A DNA stretch of 64,000 bases. Source: an uncultured Patescibacteria group bacterium. GTDB taxonomy: Bacteria > Patescibacteriota > Microgenomatia > UBA1400 > PJMF01. The translations under genes were made by a program, and so were the position numbers. The notes under the pieces are model-generated. The model was not told the origin of the DNA and ran no database searches. It worked only from the letters and a program-made list of their open reading frames with translations. The stretch covers positions 314,699-378,698 of the forward strand of contig CAJQIG010000002.1 of NCBI GenBank assembly GCA_905478415.1, given 5' to 3'. Positions 58,997 to 64,000 of the stretch are shown here, in pieces. The number at the start of each line of letters is the position of its first letter. Positions within the stretch are counted from its first letter, which is position 1.

Positions 58997-59900
58997 ACTC
59001 TTTGCTCACCCATCCGTTTTTACTTTCAAAAGATATTTTATACCAACCATTAATTTCCTCGTTTAAGTATGAGTACTTGGTACCAACTTCTGCCATTCCA
59101 ATTTCGGTTCCATTCGAACCAGGATTATTTCTGACTCTCAGGACCTCTTTACCATCTTGGAAAAAATTAGTAGCGGTAATGGTCACAAACTGTGCTGGTT
59201 GGGGGGTTCCTAATTTCGTAGTAGCACTGCCTGAAGCAGTAACTTGATCAGTTGCTGGTAGTGGGGAAGCCGAGGGAGTTGCCTCACTTTCAACAGGGAC
59301 TGGAGTCGTGGGTGATTTGGTGACGGTTGGGTCTAGTTTTGCCAGCTTGACACTAATGACCATTCGATATCCAGCGGCGACCTCGATAGAGTGACTTTGC
59401 GTTTCGTACGAAGGCAGTGTAATCTCATATTCGAGCTGTCCTGGTTGGACATCAGTGATTGTTACTGGTGAAAATTCTTTTTCTCTACCTTGCAGAGTAA
59501 TAATGGCCCCATCAGGAATGGTAATGAAAGATACTTCGGAGGTTTTTTTAGAGTTAATTTCTTCCATCTCGTAGATAACGCCCCCCATTTGTTCTGGACG
59601 AGTTGCACTTTTCCAGGTGAGAACGGTGAGGACACCTGGATTAAGAGCAACTTCTGTTTCGTACGGCAAGTATTCGGGATCTTCAGGTTCAATTCTAATG
59701 GTGTGTGTGCCAGCTACCAGCTGTTTTTCGATGAGAGGAGTTTTGTTGAGATACTGCCCGTCAATAAATACTGAACTAGGAATATCGTGTGTGATAACCT
59801 GAAGTCCAGCTTTCTGTTCTTTTTTAAGTGAACAGCCGCTGAGGAGAAGTGGTGCGATTAAAAAAACCAGCACCGCCATGATAAACCGCTTCGTATTCAT
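58974..59900 (-). CDS. PEGA-domain lipoprotein with C-terminal SH3-like domain
   Basis: Lipobox LLSGC; VFIDG...KTP and ITIPDGA PEGA repeats; LRVR..PG...GWYKI...GWVS. Confidence 0.85.
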   Translation of the reverse strand: MNTKRFIMAVLVFLIAPLLLSGCSLKKEQKAGLQVITHDIPSSVFIDGQYLNKTPLIEKQLVAGTHTIRIEPEDPEYLPYETEVALNPGVLTVLTWKSATRPEQMGGVIYEMEEINSKKTSEVSFITIPDGAIITLQGREKEFSPVTITDVQPGQLEYEITLPSYETQSHSIEVAAGYRMVISVKLAKLDPTVTKSPTTPVPVESEATPSASPLPATDQVTASGSATTKLGTPQPAQFVTITATNFFQDGKEVLRVRNNPGSNGTEIGMAEVGTKYSYLNEEINGWYKISFESKNGWVSKEYATLVEE

Positions 59901-59921
59901 GAGTTTAGTGTACCATGAGTT

Positions 59922-62390
59922 CTAGGCTTTTTTAGAAGTGAGTGGCTTCACTTTTTGAGCTAACGCCTTTTCGAGCACTTCACTTACATGTGCTAATGGA
60001 ATAAAGGTAACGTCTGCTTTGACACTATCTGGAATTTCGACAAGATCTCGCTCATTATCTTTTGGAATCAGCACGGTTGTACTGCCAGCTTGATGAGCAG
60101 CAATGCTTTTTTCTTTGAGTCCACCAATGCGGAGAATATTACCTCTCAGTGTCACTTCTCCAGTCATAGCAATATCTTTATGGACAGGAATATCTGTGAA
60201 GGCCGAAACAATGGCGGTAGTCATAGTCACACCAGCTGAGGGGCCATCTTTTGGAACAGCTCCTTCTGGGACATGGATATGAACATCTGTATTTGCCAGT
60301 TTTTTATCACTAATTCCCAGTTCGGCAGAATGTGCTTTGACATAGGTGAGCGCTGTTTGGGCAGATTCTTGCATGACTTTTCCGAGTTTACCAGTGAGCT
60401 GAACTTTGCCTTTTCCTGGAGTCAAGGCAACTTCTATAAAGAGGACGTCGCCACCAACACTTGTCCAAGCTAGTCCTGTAGATTGGCCAACAACGCTTTC
60501 TTTAGATTTAAGTGGTGGGTCAAATCTTTCTGGACCTAAGTACTCTTTGAGTTGTGGAGGCGTAACTTCAACAGTATTCTTTTCTGTTTCGACAATGGTA
60601 CGAGCTACTTTACGAGCCACTTTGCCAAGTGTTTTTTCGAGTGAACGAACTCCTGCTTCTTTGGTATAGCGAGAAATAATAGTTTTGATAATAGCATCAG
60701 GAATTGTAATATTCTTCTTGGTAAGTCCGTTAGCAGCTATTGTTTTTGACAATAAATGTCGTGTTCCAATTTCAAATTTTTCATCTTCTGTGTAGCCGCT
60801 GTATCGGATAATTTCTAAACGATCTCTCAAAGCTGGCGGAATAGTTGCCATTGTATTAGCCGTAGTTATAAAAATTACTTGAGAAAGGTCGAAAGCCATA
60901 TCTAAGTAGTGGTCTTCAAACGAATTATTTTGTTCCGGGTCCAGTGCTTCGAGCAGAGCCGAAGAAGGATCACCGCGGAAATCGTTACCGAGCTTGTCAA
61001 TTTCATCGAGCATAAAAATTGGATTCATGCTGCCGGCTTGTTTCATGCCATTGATAATTTTTCCAGGCATAGCGCCGACATAGGTACGTCGATGTCCACG
61101 AATTTCAGCTTCATCACGCACACCACCAAGAGAAATTTTAACAAACTCTCGACCAAGTGCTTCAGCGATTGAGCGGCCAATACTGGTTTTACCGACACCG
61201 GGAGGACCGACAAAACAGATAATTGTTGGGACTGACTGATCTTCTTTTTGTTTATTTCGTTCCTTTAAGTCCATAACAGCCATGTATTCAAAGATACGAT
61301 CTTTGACGTCTTTGAGGCCATAGTGGTTCTTTTCAAGAATTTCTTCAGCTTTTTTTAGATTAATTTTGCTTTTGTTGTATTTTCCCCAAGGAAGTTCGAA
61401 CACAGTATCGAGCCAACTTCTGACATAACCTGATTCTGGATTATTGGGCGACATCTGTCGCATTTTTTTAATCTCTTTTTTCACTTTTTTCTGGAGATCC
61501 TTAGGAAGTTTGAGACGCTTGAGTTTTGTTTCGTAACTGCTGGCCGCTTCTTCTTCATCATCAATATCGCCGAGCTCCTTTTGAATAGTCTTGAGACGTT
61601 CACGCAAGATGCTCTCTCGCATGTGCTTGTCGAACGTTTCTTGGGTTTTGTGGACCACGTCTTTCTCAATTTCGAGCACTTTAATCTCGTGAGCTAAATG
61701 TTCAATCACTTTTCGAATTCTCTCTTTAATCGAAAGTTCTTCAAGCAAAAGTTGTTTTTCTTTTGTTTTGATAGATAACGTACTAGCAATTTGGTCGACC
61801 AGTTCTCCATTGGTGACGCCCCCCATCAGCTTCATAAAGTTGAGGAACTCAACTGATTTGCCCATGTGTACTGATTTTCTAAATTCTTTTTGAAGATGCG
61901 CAACCAGAGCTTTCATCTCTTCATCATTTGTTTCAACTTCTCTAATTCGTTCAATTTCGACTACAATTCGAGGAAAGGTCGAAACATACTTCACTATTTT
62001 GACACGACCAACTCCACGAACAAGTGCGTTTGTAGCATCTTCTGCGTCCAGTGTTTTTTCGACAACGGCTAAAGTTCCGATCTCATAGAGATCCTTGGGT
62101 TCAGGTGCATTTACGCTGGCATCTTTTTGGGTAATCAGGACCACATATTTTGGTTTGTTACCAGGAAGATCTTTAATGGCATTGAGTGACAACTGTCGGC
62201 CAAATCCTAAGACAGATTCGGTGCTTGGAAATAAGACCCCTTCTCTGACTGGAACAGCGGGAAGCGTTAAAATTCGAGGTTTGTTTAAAGATTTTTTCCG
62301 TACTCCTTCGAGGGAGGTTGTAAAACTATCTGAAAGTTTACTCTTCTGGGGACTGACTGGTGTTTTTTTTGGTTTCTTTGCATCTGTCAT
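59922..62390 (-). CDS. lon: Lon protease
   Basis: [28 protein letters not shown] catalytic Ser, IGGLKEK. Confidence 0.98.
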   Translation of the reverse strand: MTDAKKPKKTPVSPQKSKLSDSFTTSLEGVRKKSLNKPRILTLPAVPVREGVLFPSTESVLGFGRQLSLNAIKDLPGNKPKYVVLITQKDASVNAPEPKDLYEIGTLAVVEKTLDAEDATNALVRGVGRVKIVKYVSTFPRIVVEIERIREVETNDEEMKALVAHLQKEFRKSVHMGKSVEFLNFMKLMGGVTNGELVDQIASTLSIKTKEKQLLLEELSIKERIRKVIEHLAHEIKVLEIEKDVVHKTQETFDKHMRESILRERLKTIQKELGDIDDEEEAASSYETKLKRLKLPKDLQKKVKKEIKKMRQMSPNNPESGYVRSWLDTVFELPWGKYNKSKINLKKAEEILEKNHYGLKDVKDRIFEYMAVMDLKERNKQKEDQSVPTIICFVGPPGVGKTSIGRSIAEALGREFVKISLGGVRDEAEIRGHRRTYVGAMPGKIINGMKQAGSMNPIFMLDEIDKLGNDFRGDPSSALLEALDPEQNNSFEDHYLDMAFDLSQVIFITTANTMATIPPALRDRLEIIRYSGYTEDEKFEIGTRHLLSKTIAANGLTKKNITIPDAIIKTIISRYTKEAGVRSLEKTLGKVARKVARTIVETEKNTVEVTPPQLKEYLGPERFDPPLKSKESVVGQSTGLAWTSVGGDVLFIEVALTPGKGKVQLTGKLGKVMQESAQTALTYVKAHSAELGISDKKLANTDVHIHVPEGAVPKDGPSAGVTMTTAIVSAFTDIPVHKDIAMTGEVTLRGNILRIGGLKEKSIAAHQAGSTTVLIPKDNERDLVEIPDSVKADVTFIPLAHVSEVLEKALAQKVKPLTSKKA

Positions 62391-62543
62391 AGATTAGCAT
62401 TCTAAAGTTTTGACTGCTAAAAATCAAGAGGGAAATGGTTTTTTCTTTTTTTATCTACCAGGCAAAGATAGGACAGTAAAAAGAATCTTTCCTGAACAAA
62501 AAAGTATGTTACAATATATTCCTGTTTAAAGACAGGTTAAAGT

Positions 62544-62617
62544 GGGTGTATAGCTCAGTTGGTTAGAGCGCAGTCCTGATAAGACTGAGGTCCATCGTTC
62601 GAATCGATGTACACCCA
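62544..62617 (+). tRNA. tRNA-Ile(GAT)
   Basis: Acceptor GGGTGTA/TACACCC, anticodon loop CTGATAA, TTCGAAT; CCA not encoded. Confidence 0.97.
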
Positions 62618-62632
62618 CATCTATTTGAAGAC

Positions 62633-62657
62633 ATCACCGAAAGGTGGTTTTTTTTAT
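62633..62657 (+). terminator. terminator after tRNA-Ile
   Basis: ATCACC-gaaa-GGTGGT plus T-tract. Confidence 0.75.
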
Positions 62658-63568
62658 TAATATGGCTCTGGACCAGAGAAATCGCCAGTAATATCTTCAT
62701 ATTTACCGACAAAGTAGCCATGAGTCAGACTGGTAATCATTCGACGTGCGGCTCGAATTTCTTTGTGCTCCATTTCTTCAAGGGATTTCTGTACTAAACT
62801 CGATGTATCAATAGGTTCTCCAATGTGGACGACTACTTTTTGTGAAGTTGGCGATGGTTCTGTCTCTTCTTGAAGAGTTTCAGCTTCTAGTTCTAGTTGC
62901 TTTTTATTCTTTTCTGGTGGCATCAGTGATTCATTTCCCTCTAGGTAGACAGGGACAATGGGAACTTTCCCTTCTGTCATGAGGACTAACAACCCAAGTC
63001 CAGTTTTAAATTCTCTCTGTGACATTGGTCTTTTTCCATCTCGGCTTCGAGTCCCTTCTGGGTACAGAACTGGCATTTCTCCGGCCAAAGCTCTCTCAGC
63101 TGCTTGTTCTAGATCAAAAAATGCTTGCTCGCTACTATGACGGTCTATGGGAAGAATTCTGACAGCGGCTGGGCTAAAAATTTTTCTTTTGAATACAACC
63201 AGGGTGTTTTTGAGTTTTACTAAGTTTGTGTCATCCTCAGCATGTACTGCTGCTTCCCAGTAATCCGCTGCCGCAATAAAGAATAACAATTTTCGGAATT
63301 CTTTTTCAAATGCATCTCTGACCAAAATAGTGTCTGGGTGTCCATTGTGAGGAGCCACCACAATAATTGCACCTGAACCTTTCAATTTTTGAAGATTCTC
63401 GTGTCCTTCTATAGAAATATCAGCAGTTCGAACGGCAGGTTGTGTTAGTTTCAAAATTGGACTTAAAAAGTTGCGAATACCCTCCCCTACTTTTGTAGCA
63501 GGTTTGAGTTTTCGAGTTTTTAACTCGGTGGTATCAGTAGTGGTGAGTGTTTCTTTTAATCGTGACAT
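62657..63568 (-). CDS. lysophospholipid acyltransferase (PlsC-like)
   Basis: PHNGHPD (HxxxxD), PIDR, YPEGTRS, VPIVPV. Confidence 0.88.
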   Translation of the reverse strand: MSRLKETLTTTDTTELKTRKLKPATKVGEGIRNFLSPILKLTQPAVRTADISIEGHENLQKLKGSGAIIVVAPHNGHPDTILVRDAFEKEFRKLLFFIAAADYWEAAVHAEDDTNLVKLKNTLVVFKRKIFSPAAVRILPIDRHSSEQAFFDLEQAAERALAGEMPVLYPEGTRSRDGKRPMSQREFKTGLGLLVLMTEGKVPIVPVYLEGNESLMPPEKNKKQLELEAETLQEETEPSPTSQKVVVHIGEPIDTSSLVQKSLEEMEHKEIRAARRMITSLTHGYFVGKYEDITGDFSGPEPY

Positions 63569-63734
63569 CAGGAGTGTATTGTAGCATCCCTTTTTTGAAT
63601 ACTCACAATTAGCAGTTGATCAATATGACTGCTAAGTATTGAATGATGCTATTTTTTCCGCTGCATCAGATTAAACATGATAGTAATAGATGTGTTTGTA
63701 TATGTTTTGATATATTTATATATCCTCAAACATG

Positions 63735-64000
63735 CTAAGAATCAAGCAATGCTTTTGCACTTTGAGCAACTCGAGTTTGGTTTGAAAGTTTCTGAGGATT
63801 ATCTTGTCCTTCATACACGGTCTGCTCAAGGTGACCATAATGATTACCCGAAATAAGTAGCAGCATTTCGGCAAGAGCTTCTTTGTGTTCGTCTTCGAGT
63901 TCTGGATCTTCAAGCAGTTCCCACAGGGCAAATTGGTGTTTGAGCACATCGTCATTTTTAGCGATGACAATTTTGACTTTTTCTTTTAGCGTTGTTGCCA
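63735..64000 (-). CDS. hypothetical protein, 5' end at or beyond window edge
   Basis: Frame open from the window edge: ATTLKEKVKIVIAKNDDVLKHQFALWELLED...ALLDS*. Confidence 0.55.
   Translation of the reverse strand, partial: ATTLKEKVKIVIAKNDDVLKHQFALWELLEDPELEDEHKEALAEMLLLISGNHYGHLEQTVYEGQDNPQKLSNQTRVAQSAKALLDS

Overview
This window is bacterial chromosomal DNA whose gene content points to a CPR/Patescibacteria (Microgenomates-like) genome: DUF5660-like protein, short trigger factor, PEGA lipoprotein, FemABX, short PheT. The genetic code is standard code 11. Positions 1.4-17.4 kb hold a complete type IV pilus locus (pilB, pilT, pilC, major pilin, pilD, minor pilins, pilMNO). That locus is interrupted by an AT-rich cassette of two paralogous NDT/DNPH1-fold + ribbon-helix-helix genes flanking a nucleoside-phosphorylase-like gene, and one minor pilin lies on the opposite strand. 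The rest is mostly housekeeping: translation genes, recG, tyrS, PBP1a, pheST, tig, miaAB, rnpB, uppP, comM, gap, pyrH, pcrA, tpiA, lon and three tRNAs. The main non-coding signals are (i) a Tyr/Phe leader-peptide attenuator upstream of chorismate mutase-tyrS, (ii) four stand-alone orphan genes sharing a promoter-hairpin-boxA-like-SD leader, and (iii) many apparently leaderless genes. All protein calls come from motif recognition by eye; no database searches were run.
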